DNA of 64,000 nucleotides from NCBI RefSeq assembly GCF_988242995.1, contig NZ_OZ547043.1; one strand, 5' to 3'. Shown piece by piece: positions 10,994 to 24,100 of this stretch (position 1 is its first letter; each line of letters starts with the position of its first letter). The notes under the pieces were generated by a model. It saw only the letters and a program-made list of their open reading frames with translations, ran no database searches and was not told where the DNA came from. The position numbers and the translations under genes were made by a program.

Positions 10994-11781
10994 TGATGGA
11001 ATTCATCCTCAGTCATGTAGAAAAGGGCGTGATGACACTAACGCTCAACCGCCCGGAACGCCTGAACAGTTTTAATGATGAGATGCACGCACAACTGGCA
11101 GAGTGCCTGAAACAGGTCGAGCGCGACGACACTATCCGTTGCTTGTTAATTACAGGTGCCGGACGTGGATTTTGTGCTGGTCAGGATCTTAACGATCGTA
11201 ACGTTGATCCCACAGGCCCCGCACCGGATTTAGGTATGTCAGTGGAGCGTTTCTATAACCCACTGGTACGTCGCCTGGCAAAACTGCCAAAACCGGTGAT
11301 CTGTGCAGTTAATGGCGTGGCTGCAGGGGCAGGCGCAACACTGGCACTGGGGTGCGATATCGTTATTGCTGCCCGTTCAGCAAAATTCGTCATGGCGTTT
11401 AGTAAGTTAGGTTTGGTACCCGATTGCGGTGGTACCTGGTTACTGCCACGCGTTGCCGGACGAGCGCGCGCCATGGGGCTGGCACTGCTGGGGAATCAAC
11501 TGAGTGCTGAACAGGCGCACGAATGGGGGATGATCTGGCAGGTTGTTGATGATGAAACGCTGGCAGATACCGCGCAACAGCTGGCACGGCATCTGGCGAC
11601 ACAACCGACATTTGGTCTTGGACTTATCAAGCAAGCGATAAATAGCGCTGAAACCAATACGCTTGATACGCAACTGGATCTGGAACGTGACTATCAGCGA
11701 CTTGCCGGACGGAGCGCAGATTATCGTGAAGGTGTCAGTGCGTTCCTGGCTAAACGCTCACCGCAGTTCACGGGGAAATAG
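10993..11781 (+). CDS. paaG: 1,2-epoxyphenylacetyl-CoA isomerase
   Basis: 262 aa crotonase-family protein, MMEFILSHVEKGVMTLTLNRPERLN...; start overlaps the paaF stop by 1 nt. Confidence 0.92.
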   Translation: MMEFILSHVEKGVMTLTLNRPERLNSFNDEMHAQLAECLKQVERDDTIRCLLITGAGRGFCAGQDLNDRNVDPTGPAPDLGMSVERFYNPLVRRLAKLPKPVICAVNGVAAGAGATLALGCDIVIAARSAKFVMAFSKLGLVPDCGGTWLLPRVAGRARAMGLALLGNQLSAEQAHEWGMIWQVVDDETLADTAQQLARHLATQPTFGLGLIKQAINSAETNTLDTQLDLERDYQRLAGRSADYREGVSAFLAKRSPQFTGK

Positions 11782-11782
11782 C

Positions 11783-13207
11783 ATGATGATAAATGTGCAA
11801 ACTGTGGCAGTGATTGGGAGCGGCACCATGGGGGCTGGCATTGCTGAAGTTGCCGCCAGTCATGGACATCAGGTTTTACTGTATGACATTTCTGCTGAAG
11901 CGCTGACCCGCGCAATCGACGGGATACACGCGCGGCTAAATTCACGAGTGACGCGGGGAAAACTGACTGCTGAAACCTGTGAACGCACATTGAAACGCCT
12001 GATCCCGGTGACCGATATTCACGCGCTGGCAGCTGCGGACCTGGTCATTGAAGCGGCGTCTGAACGTCTGGAAGTCAAAAAAGCGCTCTTTGCACAGCTG
12101 GCGGAAGTTTGCCCGCCACAAACGCTATTGACCACTAACACTTCGTCAATCTCTATAACCGCGATTGCTGCGGAGGTAAAAAATCCTGAACGTGTTGCGG
12201 GGCTGCATTTTTTTAACCCGGCACCGGTGATGAAGTTGGTGGAGGTGGTCAGTGGGCTGGCAACGGCAGCGGAAGTTGTTGAGCAGTTGTGTGAACTAAC
12301 GTTGAGTTGGGGTAAGCAGCCTGTGCGCTGTCATTCGACTCCTGGATTTATCGTTAACCGTGTTGCGCGTCCTTATTATTCCGAGGCCTGGCGGGCACTG
12401 GAAGAGCAGGTTGCTGCACCAGAAGTGATTGACGCTGCACTTCGCGATGGCGCTGGTTTCCCGATGGGGCCGCTGGAATTAACCGATCTGATTGGTCAGG
12501 ACGTCAATTTTGCTGTCACCTGTTCGGTGTTTAACGCTTTCTGGCAGGAGCGTCGTTTTTTACCTTCGCTGGTGCAACAGGAACTGGTGATTGGTGGACG
12601 GTTGGGCAAGAAAAGTGGGCTGGGCGTGTACGACTGGCGCGCGGAACGTGAGGCAGTTGTTGGCCTGGAAGCGGTAAGCGACAGTTTTAGCCCCATGAAA
12701 GTAGAAAAGAAAAGTGACGGTGTCACGGAAATTGACGATGTTTTATTGATTGAGACACAAGGCGAGACGGCACAGGCGCTGGCAATACGACTGGCACGCC
12801 CGGTGGTAGTGGTCGACAAAATGGCGGGCAAGGTGGTGACCATTGCTGCGGCAGCGGTGAACCCGGACTCAGCGACCCGCAAGGCCATTTATTACCTGCA
12901 ACAGCAGGGCAAAACAGTGCTGCAAATTGCAGATTACCCAGGAATGCTGATTTGGCGAACGGTAGCAATGATCATCAATGAAGCCCTTGATGCGCTTCAA
13001 AAAGGCGTGGCCTCTGAACAGGATATCGATACCGCCATGCGTCTTGGGGTGAATTATCCATATGGCCCGCTTGCCTGGGGAGCGCAACTTGGCTGGCAGC
13101 GAATATTAAGGCTCCTGGAAAATCTACAACATCACTATGGCGAAGAACGCTATCGCCCATGTTCATTGCTGCGCCAACGAGCGCTTCTGGAGAGCGGTTA
13201 TGAGTAA
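11783..13207 (+). CDS. paaH: 3-hydroxyadipyl-CoA dehydrogenase
   Basis: ORF from 11663; start set at MMINVQTVAVIGSGTMGAGIA (NAD-binding GxGxxG). Confidence 0.9.
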   Translation: MMINVQTVAVIGSGTMGAGIAEVAASHGHQVLLYDISAEALTRAIDGIHARLNSRVTRGKLTAETCERTLKRLIPVTDIHALAAADLVIEAASERLEVKKALFAQLAEVCPPQTLLTTNTSSISITAIAAEVKNPERVAGLHFFNPAPVMKLVEVVSGLATAAEVVEQLCELTLSWGKQPVRCHSTPGFIVNRVARPYYSEAWRALEEQVAAPEVIDAALRDGAGFPMGPLELTDLIGQDVNFAVTCSVFNAFWQERRFLPSLVQQELVIGGRLGKKSGLGVYDWRAEREAVVGLEAVSDSFSPMKVEKKSDGVTEIDDVLLIETQGETAQALAIRLARPVVVVDKMAGKVVTIAAAAVNPDSATRKAIYYLQQQGKTVLQIADYPGMLIWRTVAMIINEALDALQKGVASEQDIDTAMRLGVNYPYGPLAWGAQLGWQRILRLLENLQHHYGEERYRPCSLLRQRALLESGYE

Positions 13208-13622
13208 TAAGGCCTGGCAAAATGCCCATGCAATGTATGAGAACGATGCCTGCGCCAAAGCGCTTGGCATCGACATTATCTCAATGGATGAAGGCTTTGC
13301 TGTAGTGACCATGACCGTCACTGCACAAATGCTTAATGGTCATCAAAGTTGCCACGGCGGGCAGCTATTTTCACTGGCTGATACTGCCTTTGCCTACGCC
13401 TGCAATAGCCAGGGGCTGGCAGCCGTCGCTTCTGCCTGCACGATTGATTTTTTGCGTCCAGGCTTTGCCGGAGACACCTTAACTGCTACTGCGCAGGTAC
13501 GTCATCAGGGCAAGCAAACCGGTGTTTACGACATCGAAATTGTTAACCAACAACAAAAAACGGTTGCGCTGTTTCGCGGTAAATCTCACCGCATCGGCGG
13601 CACCATTACAGGAGAAGCCTGA
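13200..13622 (+). CDS. paaI: Hotdog-fold acyl-CoA thioesterase
   Basis: ORF from 13137; start set at MSNKAWQNAHAMYEND (about 140 aa). Confidence 0.9.
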   Translation: MSNKAWQNAHAMYENDACAKALGIDIISMDEGFAVVTMTVTAQMLNGHQSCHGGQLFSLADTAFAYACNSQGLAAVASACTIDFLRPGFAGDTLTATAQVRHQGKQTGVYDIEIVNQQQKTVALFRGKSHRIGGTITGEA

Positions 13623-14827
13623 TGCGTGAAGCCTTTATCTGTGACGGAATTCGTACGCCAATTGGTCGCTACGGCGGGGCATTATCAGGTGTTCGGGCTG
13701 ATGATCTGGCTGCTATCCCTTTGCGGGAACTGCTGGTGCGAAACCCGCGTCTCGATGCGGAATGTATCGATGATGTGATCCTCGGCTGTGCTAATCAGGC
13801 GGGAGAAGATAACCGTAACGTAGCCCGGATGGCGACTTTACTGGCGGGGCTGCCGCAGAGTGTTTCCGGCACAACCATTAACCGCTTGTGTGGTTCCGGA
13901 CTGGACGCACTGGGGTTCGCCGCACGGGCGATTAAAGCGGGCGATGGCGATTTGCTGATCGCTGGTGGCGTGGAGTCAATGTCTCGGGCACCGTTTGTTA
14001 TGGGCAAGGCAACCAGTGCATTTTCTCGTCAGGCTGAGATGTTTGATACCACTATTGGCTGGCGATTTGTGAACCCGCTCATGGCTCAACAATTTGGAAC
14101 TGACAGCATGCCGGAAACGGCAGAGAATGTAGCTGAACTGTTAAAAATCTCGCGAGAAGATCAAGATAGTTTTGCGCTACGCAGTCAGCAACGTACAGCA
14201 AAAGCGCAATCTTCAGGCATTTTAGCTGAAGAGATTGTTCCGGTTGTGTTGAAAAACAAAAAAGGTGTTGTAACAGAAATACAACATGACGAGCATCTGC
14301 GCCCGGAAACGACGCTGGAACAGTTACGTGGACTAAAAGCACCATTTCGTGCCAATGGAGTGATCACCGCAGGCAATGCCTCCGGGGTGAATGATGGAGC
14401 CGCTGCGTTGATTATTGCCAGTGAACAGATGGCAGCAGCGCAAGGACTGACACCGCGAGCGCGTATCGTAGCCATGGCAACCGCCGGGGTGGAACCGCGC
14501 CTGATGGGGCTTGGTCCGGTGCCTGCAACTCGTCGGGTGCTGGAACGCGCGGGGTTGAGTATTCACGATATGGACGTGATTGAACTGAACGAAGCGTTCG
14601 CGGCCCAGGCGTTGGGTGTACTACGCGAATTGGGGCTGCCTGATGATGCCCCACATGTTAACCCCAACGGAGGCGCTATCGCCTTAGGCCATCCATTGGG
14701 AATGAGTGGTGCCCGCCTGGCACTGGCTGCCAGCCATGAGCTGCATCGGCGTAACGGTCGTTATGCATTATGCACCATGTGCATCGGTGTCGGTCAGGGC
14801 ATCGCCATGATTCTGGAGCGTGTTTGA
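13622..14827 (+). CDS. paaJ: 3-oxoadipyl-CoA / 3-oxo-5,6-dehydrosuberyl-CoA thiolase
   Basis: 401 aa thiolase, [22 protein letters not shown]... Confidence 0.93.
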   Translation: MREAFICDGIRTPIGRYGGALSGVRADDLAAIPLRELLVRNPRLDAECIDDVILGCANQAGEDNRNVARMATLLAGLPQSVSGTTINRLCGSGLDALGFAARAIKAGDGDLLIAGGVESMSRAPFVMGKATSAFSRQAEMFDTTIGWRFVNPLMAQQFGTDSMPETAENVAELLKISREDQDSFALRSQQRTAKAQSSGILAEEIVPVVLKNKKGVVTEIQHDEHLRPETTLEQLRGLKAPFRANGVITAGNASGVNDGAAALIIASEQMAAAQGLTPRARIVAMATAGVEPRLMGLGPVPATRRVLERAGLSIHDMDVIELNEAFAAQALGVLRELGLPDDAPHVNPNGGAIALGHPLGMSGARLALAASHELHRRNGRYALCTMCIGVGQGIAMILERV

Positions 14828-14853
14828 GCATATCAACCTGCGAGTAACCTACA

Positions 14854-16167
14854 ATGATAACCAATACAAAGCTTGACCCGATTGAAACCGCGTCTGTTGA
14901 TGAGTTACAGGCGTTGCAAACACAGCGTCTGAAATGGACGCTCAAACACGCGTATGAAAATGTGCCGATGTATCGGCGCAAATTCGACGCAGCAGGCGTA
15001 CATCCTGATGATTTCAGGGAACTTTCAGACCTGCGTAAATTTCCCTGTACCACCAAACAGGATCTGCGCGACAACTATCCCTTTGACACCTTTGCCGTGC
15101 CAATGGAACAAGTGGTGCGCATTCATGCTTCTTCGGGAACCACAGGTAAACCGACAGTTGTCGGCTATACGCAAAACGATATTGATAACTGGGCCAATAT
15201 TGTAGCGCGTTCTTTGCGTGCGGCAGGGGGCTCGCCCAAAGACAAAATTCATGTCGCCTATGGTTACGGCCTGTTTACTGGCGGGCTGGGTGCGCACTAT
15301 GGTGCCGAACGTCTGGGCGCTACGGTGATCCCGATGTCTGGCGGGCAGACGGAAAAACAAGCGCAACTGATCCGTGATTTTCAACCAGATATGATCATGG
15401 TTACGCCATCTTATTGCCTTAACCTGATTGAAGAGCTGGAGCGGCAGTTGGGCGGTGATGCCAGCGGTTGCTCGCTGCGGGTTGGAGTATTTGGTGCTGA
15501 GCCGTGGACACAGGCCATGCGTAAAGAAATTGAGCGTCGCCTGGGGATCACCGCACTGGATATTTATGGCCTGTCAGAAGTGATGGGGCCGGGGGTGGCG
15601 ATGGAGTGTCTGGAAACTACCGACGGCCCAACCATTTGGGAAGATCATTTCTATCCTGAAATTGTTAATCCTCAGGACGGCACACCGCTTGCCGATGGTG
15701 AACATGGCGAACTGTTATTCACCACGCTGACCAAAGAAGCATTGCCGGTCATTCGTTACCGCACGCGTGATTTAACCCGACTGTTACCAGGAACGGCGCG
15801 GACTATGCGCCGCATGGATCGCATCAGCGGACGCAGCGATGACATGTTGATTATTCGCGGTGTAAATGTCTTTCCGTCACAACTGGAAGAAGAGATTGTC
15901 AAATTCGAACATTTATCGCCGCATTACCAACTGGAGGTGAACCGCCGGGGGCATCTTGATTCACTTTCTGTGAAAGTGGAGTTGAAAGAAAGCAGCCTGA
16001 CATTGACGCATGAGCAGCGTTGCCAGGTGTGCCACCAGCTACGCCATCGGATTAAGTCGATGGTGGGGATCTCTACTGATGTAATGATCGTGAACTGTGG
16101 CAGTATCCCGCGTTCAGAAGGCAAGGCGTGTCGGGTGTTTGATCTGCGCAATATTGTTGGTGCCTGA
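14854..16167 (+). CDS. paaK: Phenylacetate-CoA ligase
   Basis: 437 aa adenylate-forming enzyme with SSGTTGKPT motif. Confidence 0.93.
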   Translation: MITNTKLDPIETASVDELQALQTQRLKWTLKHAYENVPMYRRKFDAAGVHPDDFRELSDLRKFPCTTKQDLRDNYPFDTFAVPMEQVVRIHASSGTTGKPTVVGYTQNDIDNWANIVARSLRAAGGSPKDKIHVAYGYGLFTGGLGAHYGAERLGATVIPMSGGQTEKQAQLIRDFQPDMIMVTPSYCLNLIEELERQLGGDASGCSLRVGVFGAEPWTQAMRKEIERRLGITALDIYGLSEVMGPGVAMECLETTDGPTIWEDHFYPEIVNPQDGTPLADGEHGELLFTTLTKEALPVIRYRTRDLTRLLPGTARTMRRMDRISGRSDDMLIIRGVNVFPSQLEEEIVKFEHLSPHYQLEVNRRGHLDSLSVKVELKESSLTLTHEQRCQVCHQLRHRIKSMVGISTDVMIVNCGSIPRSEGKACRVFDLRNIVGA

Positions 16168-16267
16168 TGTGTCGTCTGGCCCTGGTGAGGTAAAGCGCCA
16201 GGGCCAGAAGTCGATACGACCTGTGCTATGATTCATAAATCACAACAATAACAACAGACTGAATCGA

Positions 16268-17218
16268 ATGAGTAAACTTGATACTTTTATCCAACATGCT
16301 GTAAACGCTGTTCCGGTCAGTGGCACATCTTTGATCTCCTCTCTGTATGGTGATTCACTTTCCCATCGTGGTGGTGAAATCTGGCTGGGTAGTCTGGCTG
16401 CTTTGCTGGAAGGGCTGGGATTTGGTGAGCGTTTCGTGCGCACCGCTTTGTTTCGTCTTAATAAAGAAGGCTGGCTGGATGTTTCCCGCATCGGGCGACG
16501 CAGTTTCTATAGCCTCAGTGATAAAGGCTTGCGCCTGACGCGACGGGCAGAAAGTAAAATTTATCGCGCTGAGCAACCTGCATGGGATGGTAAATGGCTC
16601 CTGTTGCTCTCGGAAGGTTTAGATAAAACGACGCTGGCTGATGTCAAAAAGCAGTTGATCTGGCAAGGTTTTGGCGCACTGGCACCCAGCCTGATGGCAT
16701 CGCCGTCGCAAAAACTGGCCGATGTACAGACACTTTTGCATGAAGCGGGTGTGGCGGATAACGTGATTTGTTTTGAAGCGCAAATACCACTGGCGCTTTC
16801 TCGCGCAGCACTGCGTGCCAGAGTAGAAGAGTGCTGGCATTTAACTGAACAAAATGCCATGTACGAAACCTTTATTCAGTCATTCCGCCCGCTGGTGCCG
16901 CTGTTAAAAGAGGCGGCAGACGAATTAACCCCGGAGCGTGCATTTCATATTCAGCTTTTACTGATCCATTTTTATCGCCGTGTCGTCCTTAAAGACCCAT
17001 TGTTGCCGGAGGAGTTGCTTCCGGCTCACTGGGCAGGGCATACGGCGCGTCAGCTGTGTATCAACATTTATCAGCGCGTAGCGCCTGCTGCTTTAGCGTT
17101 CGTTAGTGAAAAAGGTGAAACCTCGGTCGGTGAACTGCCTGCGCCGGGAAGCCTGTATTTTCAACGTTTTGGCGGTTTGAACATTGAACAGGAGGCGTTA
17201 TGCCAATTTACCAGATAG
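16268..17218 (+). CDS. paaX: Transcriptional repressor of the paa operon (phenylacetyl-CoA responsive)
   Basis: 316 aa; position and sequence as in K-12 paaX; preceded by a hairpin terminator after paaK (about 16179-16210). Confidence 0.92.
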   Translation: MSKLDTFIQHAVNAVPVSGTSLISSLYGDSLSHRGGEIWLGSLAALLEGLGFGERFVRTALFRLNKEGWLDVSRIGRRSFYSLSDKGLRLTRRAESKIYRAEQPAWDGKWLLLLSEGLDKTTLADVKKQLIWQGFGALAPSLMASPSQKLADVQTLLHEAGVADNVICFEAQIPLALSRAALRARVEECWHLTEQNAMYETFIQSFRPLVPLLKEAADELTPERAFHIQLLLIHFYRRVVLKDPLLPEELLPAHWAGHTARQLCINIYQRVAPAALAFVSEKGETSVGELPAPGSLYFQRFGGLNIEQEALCQFTR

Positions 17219-17790
17219 ACGGTCTGACTCCGGTTGTACCAGAAGAGAGTTTTGTTCATCCGACAGCGGTATTGATCGGCGATGTTATTCTCGGCAAGGG
17301 CGTGTACGTTGGGCCAAATGCCAGCCTGCGTGGCGATTTCGGTCGTATCGTGGTGAAAGATGGCGCGAACATTCAGGATAATTGCGTTATGCACGGTTTT
17401 CCCGATCAGGATACTGTCGTGGAAGAAGATGGGCATATTGGTCATAGCGCTATCCTTCACGGCTGCATTATCCGCCGCAATGCATTAGTGGGTATGAACG
17501 CGGTAGTGATGGACGGTGCGGTGATTGGCGAGAACAGCATTGTTGGCGCTTCCGCATTTGTGAAAGCCAAAGCAGAAATGCCTGCTAATTACCTGATTGT
17601 CGGCAGCCCGGCAAAAGCGATTCGTGAACTTAGTGAGCAGGAACTGGCATGGAAAAAGCAGGGCACGCATGAGTATCAGGTGCTGGTGACACGCTGTAAG
17701 CAGACGTTACATCAAGTCGAGCCATTGCGGGAAGTTGAACCTGGCAGGAAACGCCTGGTATTTGATGAGAATCTGCGACCGAAACAGTAA
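17200..17790 (+). CDS. paaY: Hexapeptide-repeat thioesterase
   Basis: 196 aa left-handed beta-helix (hexapeptide repeat) protein; overlaps paaX by 19 nt. Confidence 0.92.
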   Translation: MPIYQIDGLTPVVPEESFVHPTAVLIGDVILGKGVYVGPNASLRGDFGRIVVKDGANIQDNCVMHGFPDQDTVVEEDGHIGHSAILHGCIIRRNALVGMNAVVMDGAVIGENSIVGASAFVKAKAEMPANYLIVGSPAKAIRELSEQELAWKKQGTHEYQVLVTRCKQTLHQVEPLREVEPGRKRLVFDENLRPKQ

Positions 17791-18120
17791 CAGATGTAAA
17801 ATTATTTTGTCCTTTTAATTATAAAGCAGAGTTATGTTTCAGCTCTGCTTTATTTATTTTAGTATTAAATCATACCGTTTTTTTCATTATATGATTATTT
17901 ATAATGGTAATTTGGTTTAATTTATAATATGTATAATATACACAATTCATATATTTCATGGTCTTTTTTTATTCATCTGAATTATAACTGTGAATTATCG
18001 TAAAGTATATTTGATTAGATAATAATCCACTGGCAATATAGGATGTCTTCAATGTTTTAAATAACTAATTGGTCGGGTTAGTGCATCCGGCTTTCTTTAT
18101 ATTCGCCAGAAGGATTTATT

Positions 18121-21100
18121 ATGCAAAGGAAAACTTTATTGTCGGCCTGTATTGCATTAGCTCTGAGTGGTCAGGGTTGGGCGGCAGATATCACAGAGGT
18201 AGAAACCACCACAGGTGAAAAGAAAAATACTAATGTGACTTGTCCGGCAGATCCAGGAAAACTCAGTCCGGAAGAGCTTAAACGCTTACCCTCTGAATGC
18301 ACCCCTTTAGTCGAACAAAACCTGATGCCATGGCTTGCCACAGGCGCTGCTGCGTTAATCACGACCTTAGCCGTAGTGGAACTAAACGACGATGATGATC
18401 ATCATCATCGCAACAATTCTCCACTCCCACCGACGCCCCCTGATGATGATTCAGACGACACTCCAGTGCCCCCAACTCCTGGCGGAGATGAGATAATACC
18501 GGACGTTCCGGATGATACGCCTACACCTCCCAAACCGATTTCGTTTAATAATGACGTTATTCTCGATAAAACAGAAAAAACGTTAACTATTCGCGATTCA
18601 GTTTTTACTTATACCGAGAATGCTGACGGGACTATTTCTCTGCAAGATAACAGTGGTCGTAAGGCAACGATTAATCTTTGGCAGATTGATGAAGCGAATA
18701 ATACTGTTGCCCTTGAAGGTGTGAGCGCAGATGGCACAACAAAGTGGCGATATAATCACAACGGTGAGCTTGTTATAACGGGTGATAATGCCACAGTAAA
18801 CAACAATGGCAAAACCACCGTTGACGGTAAAGACTCCACCGGCACGGAAATCAACGGTAATAACGGAAAAGTTATCCAGGACGGCGATCTGGATGTCAGC
18901 GGCGGCGGTCACGGCATTGATATCACCGGCGACAGCGCGACGGTGGATAACAAGGGCACCATGACCGTCACCGATCCGGAGTCCATCGGTATTCAGATCG
19001 ACGGCGACAAGGCGGTTGTTAACAACGAAGGCGACAGCACCATCAGCAATGGTGGCACCGGCACACAGATTAACGATGATGATGCCACGGCGAATAACAA
19101 CGGCAAAACCACCGTTGACGGCAAGGATTCCACCGGTACAGAAATCAACGGTAATAACGGGAAGGTTATCCAGGATGGCGATCTGGATGTCAGCGGTGGC
19201 GGTCACGGGATTGATATTACCGGCGACAGCGCAACGGTGGACAACAAGGGCACCATGACCGTCACCGATCCGGAGTCCATGGGGATCCAGATCGACGGCG
19301 ACAAGGCCATCGTCAATAACGAAGGCGAGAGCACCATCACCAACGGCGGCACCGGTACGCAGATTAACGGTGATGACGCCACGGCGAACAACAACGGCAA
19401 AACTACCGTTGACGGTAAAGATTCCACCGGTACAGAAATCAACGGTAATAACGGAAAAGTGATTCAGGGCGGCGATCTGGATGTCAGCGGCGGGGGCCAC
19501 GGCATTGATATCACCGGTGACAGCGCGACGGTGGATAACAAGGGCACCATGACCGTTACCGATCCGGAGTCCATCGGTATCCAGATCGACGGCGACAAGG
19601 CGGTTGTCAATAACGAAGGCGACAGTTCCATCAGCAACGGCGGCACCGGTACGCAGATTAACGGAGATGACGCCACGGCGAACAACAGCGGCAAAACCAC
19701 CGTTGACGGTAAAGACTCCACCGGCACGGAAATCAACGGTAATAACGGAAAAGTTATCCAGGACGGCGATCTGGATGTCAGCGGCGGCGGTCACGGCATT
19801 GATATCACCGGTGACAGCGCAACGGTGGACAACAAGGGTACCATGACTGTCACCGATCCGGAGTCCATCGGTATTCAGATCGACGGCGACAAGGCCATCG
19901 TCAATAACGAAGGCGACAGCACCATCAGCAACGGCGGCACCGGCACACAGATTAACGGTGATGACGCCACGGCAAACAACAACGGCAAAACCACCGTTGA
20001 CGGTAAAGATTCCACCGGTACGGAAATCAACGGTAATAACGGAAAAGTGATTCAGGACGGCGATCTGGATGTCAGCGGTGGCGGTCACGGGATTGATATT
20101 ACCGGTGACAGCGCGACGGTGGATAACAAGGGCACCATGACCGTCACCGATCCGGAGTCCATGGGGATCCAGATCGACGGCGACAAGGCCATCGTCAATA
20201 ACGAAGGCGAGAGCACCATCACCAACGGCGGCACCGGCACGCAGATTAACGGTGATGACGCCACGGCGAACAACAACGGCAAAACTACCGTTGACGGCAA
20301 GGATTCCACCGGCACGGAAATCAACGGCAATAACGGAAAAGTTATCCAGGACGGTGATCTGGATGTCAGCGGCGGCGGTCACGGCATTGATATTTCTGGC
20401 GATAATGCCGCCGTCGATAACAAAGGCAATATGACCGTCACGGACGCAGACTCGATCGGTGTACTGATCAATGGCGACAACGCGACACTTGCCAATACTG
20501 GTGATGTGGATGTCAGTAATTCAGCGACGGGATTTGCTATTACCAGCGACGAGGGGAAAATCTCCCTCGCGGGAAGTATGCAGGTCGGTGATTTTTCAAC
20601 AGGGCTGACATTAACTGGCGATAATAATAGCCTGACAATGGCAATGCAGGATCTTAATGTCGTTGGTCAGAAAGCTACAGGTATTAACGTCTCCGGTGAT
20701 GCCAACACAATTGATATAACTGGTAATATTCTGGTTGATAAAGATCAGAGCGCAGACAATGCGGCAGAGTATTTTTATGACGCTTCCGTGGGCGTAAATG
20801 TCAGTGGTCATAATAACAATGTGACACTGGATGGTAAATTAACGCTTGTTGCGGATGGTGAAACTACCACACGTGATGTCTCGAATTTTGATGGTAGCCA
20901 GGAAAATATTTCTGGTCTTATTGTTTCCGGTGATGGTAACAACATCAATCTGAATGGCGGGATTGCATTTGTTGGTGAAATAAATGCGCTGACCGATGGT
21001 TCAGCCATTGCTAACAAACGGACTTTCTTCGGTAATACGCCACTTATTGGTATTGATGGTGAATCGAAGGTATATCTGAATGGTGACTCAACGATCAGTG

Positions 21101-24100
21101 GTGATCTGCAACTAGGATATGCAAGCCTTATCCAGTTAAAAAATAAAGCAGCTATTGAGATTGGCAGTGAAGCTACTTTCAATATGCGGGATATTGAAAA
21201 TTATGATCATTACTATGCACAAACACCACAGATTATAAAGGCAGAAAGTAGCTCTGAGGTCATAAATAACGGTAATGTTGATATCTGGAATATCAGTTTT
21301 GCTGGTATCTTTGGCGAAAATACCACAGGTATCAATAACGGGAATATCACACTTTCTCTGTATGATTATGCCTCAACTAATACGCCAGCACCGGAACCAG
21401 ATAACACGGCCTTCTTGACCTCTAACGGCGGCAGCGCAGTAAACAAAGGGGTAATTACCTCAAAAGTAATGGAGCAACATAGCGTTGTTAATATGGCTGC
21501 ACTCACGGGGTCAACGGATCAGCGCGTGTTTAATAACAGCGTAGCAAGCATGATGGGGATGGAGGCGTATAATAAAGGCTCTGTTCTCAATGCCGAAGAT
21601 GCTGTCATTGATATGTATGGACGCGGTAGCATTGGCATGTTAGCCATCGATAACTCAACGGCGGATAATGCAGGCAATATTACGGTGGATACGTTATGGA
21701 TTGATGACAATGACACCACCAGTTTGCATACCGATCTTCCGGGGGCAACGGCAAAAGATTATGGCGTTGGTATGGCAACCGGGACAGACACCGGGGGTGG
21801 CGCTCGTAACAACGCTATTGCGACCAACCTGGAAGGTGGTGTAATTACTGTATATAACGCAGGTGCCGGTATGGCCGCCTACGGTAACAGTAATATGGTT
21901 ATTAACCAGGGAATCATTAACCTCGAGAAAAATGCAGATTACGATGCAAACCTGGGTAGTAATACGCTGGTAGGGATGGCAGTGTATAAAGGTGCTACGG
22001 CAATAAACGACCAAACTGGTGTAATCAATATTAATGTTGATACGGGCCAGGCGTTTTATAATGATGGTACAGGCATTATCCTCAACTATGGTGAGATTAA
22101 TCTCAACGGAGCGGAAATTGATAGCACCGACTCTCATTATGGTGCTCCTGCAGAGAATCTGGAACTGTTATCTGAATTGAGTGCCAGTGGAGAGAACATT
22201 ACAAAAACAGTTATCCGAGATGGCTTTGTTACCATTAAACCGCTGGCTAATTATGGTACAGAAATACTGAACGGCGATGTCGATGCCAACCTATGGTTAT
22301 ATAACGAGGATAAGGCCAGCCTGACAGTTAATGGTGATTTGAATATTGTCCAGGGGCTGGAAAACAGCGGGAGCATGGATGCCGACAAGCTTACTGCCAA
22401 TGCCAGTGTTTACAATCGCGCCTCGGGCAGTATGACAACCGAACTGTTAATGTTAAAAGGCGGGTCTGCCTTCTTCAATGAGGGAAGCTTTAGCGGAGTA
22501 ATTAGCGGTGATAGTTATAAACAAAACGTTGTAAATACGGGGGAGATGACAACTGTCACAGATGGTAGTGCCTTAATTAACGGCAGTTTCGTACTTTATA
22601 ATGAAGCCGGTTCAACGCTTACAAATAGCGGCAATGCTATTGCGGGAGGGGAAAATGCCATCGTTAATATCACACGCACCAGTGATTCTCTTTCACAGGT
22701 TAACCGCGGAAAAATTACCGCCACAAACGGTTACAGTGCGATTAAAACTGCCAGCACAGCCTCTAACAGCAACGGCAAATGGATTTGGAATACAGAAACC
22801 GGTGTAATTAATGGTATCAATCCAGATGCTCCACTGATTGATTTAGGTCGCGGGTATAATTTTGCTAACGCCGGAACAATTAATGTTCAGGGTGATGGTT
22901 CAGTTGCTATTAGCGGAGGCACCACCAGCTATACTGTTCAGTTAGTGAACAGCGGCACAATTAACGTGGGTACTGAACAGGGCAAAGCAGATGGAAGCAA
23001 CGGTGAAGGTCTGATTGGCATCAAAGGAAATGGTTCTGCAACAACGATTAATAATACTAAAGACGGTGTCATTAACGTTTATGCAGATAATTCATGGGCG
23101 TTTGGTGGTTCCACTAAAGCGATTGTGAATAATGGGATAATCAACCTGTTGTGTAATATTGGTTGCGAGATTTATGCGCCAAATACCACAGGGACGAGAA
23201 ACAGTCAGGATGGAACTGCGGATATAATCGTACCGGTCGCTTCTGCGACGCCTGGGCAAGGTAATGTTCCTGCGGCACCAGTCAATGCTGTAAGTCAGCA
23301 AAAACTTACCAATTACACTATTGGTACTAATAGCGACGGAAGTTCCGGCACCTTGAAAGCCAATAACCTTGTTATCAGTGACAACGTCAAGGTAAATACT
23401 GGCTTTAGTGCAGGAACTGCTGATACTACCGTGGTGATTGATGATGTTTTCAAAGGTGAAAATATCAGCGGCGCGGAGAATATCACTTCCTCTTCAGTTG
23501 TCTGGAACGCTAAAGGCAGTACCGATGCCAGCGGCAACGTTGACGTCACTATGAGCAAAAACGCTTATACCGATGTGGCGACCGATGCTTCGGTGAATGA
23601 CGTCGCGAAAGCACTGGATGCGGGTTACACCAACAACGAGCTGTATACCAGCCTGAACGTCGGCACGACTGCCGAACTGAACAGCGCCCTGAAACAGGTC
23701 AGCGGTAGCCAGGCGACCACGGTATTCCGCGAAGCGCGTGTGCTCAGCAACCGCTTTAGCATGCTGGCAGATGCCGCACCGAAAGTGGGTAACGGTCTGG
23801 CGTTCAACGTGGTGGCGAAAGGCGATCCGCGCGCGGAGCTGGGGAACAATACCGAGTACGACATGCTGGCACTGCGTAAAACCATTGACCTGAGTGAAAG
23901 TCAGACCATGAGTCTGGAGTACGGTATCGCTCGTCTCGATGGCGACGGTGCGCAGAAAGCTGGCGATAATGGTGTTACAGGCGGTTACAGCCAGTTCTTT
24001 GGCCTGAAACATCAGATGTCCTTCGACAATGGCATGAACTGGAACAACGCATTGCGTTATGACGTTCACAACCTTGACAGCAGCCGTTCGATTGCATTTA

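Noticed and set aside
18121..18153. Possible lipobox (LSAC) near the YdbA N-terminus
   Set aside because: The Cys lies at residue 10, before the hydrophobic core of the signal peptide; the sequence fits an ordinary Sec signal with cleavage after GWA rather than a lipoprotein signal.
18598..20382. 594-aa minus-strand ORF antisense to the ydbA repeat region
   Set aside because: Lies entirely within the ydbA tandem repeats on the opposite strand; its own translation is an equally repetitive low-complexity sequence. Open antisense frames are expected in repetitive GC-balanced coding DNA, and there is no start or RBS context.
18796..20400. Regularly spaced repeats that could superficially suggest a CRISPR array
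   Set aside because: Units are 300 bp, contiguous with no unique spacers, and in-frame within a single autotransporter CDS; no cas genes nearby.
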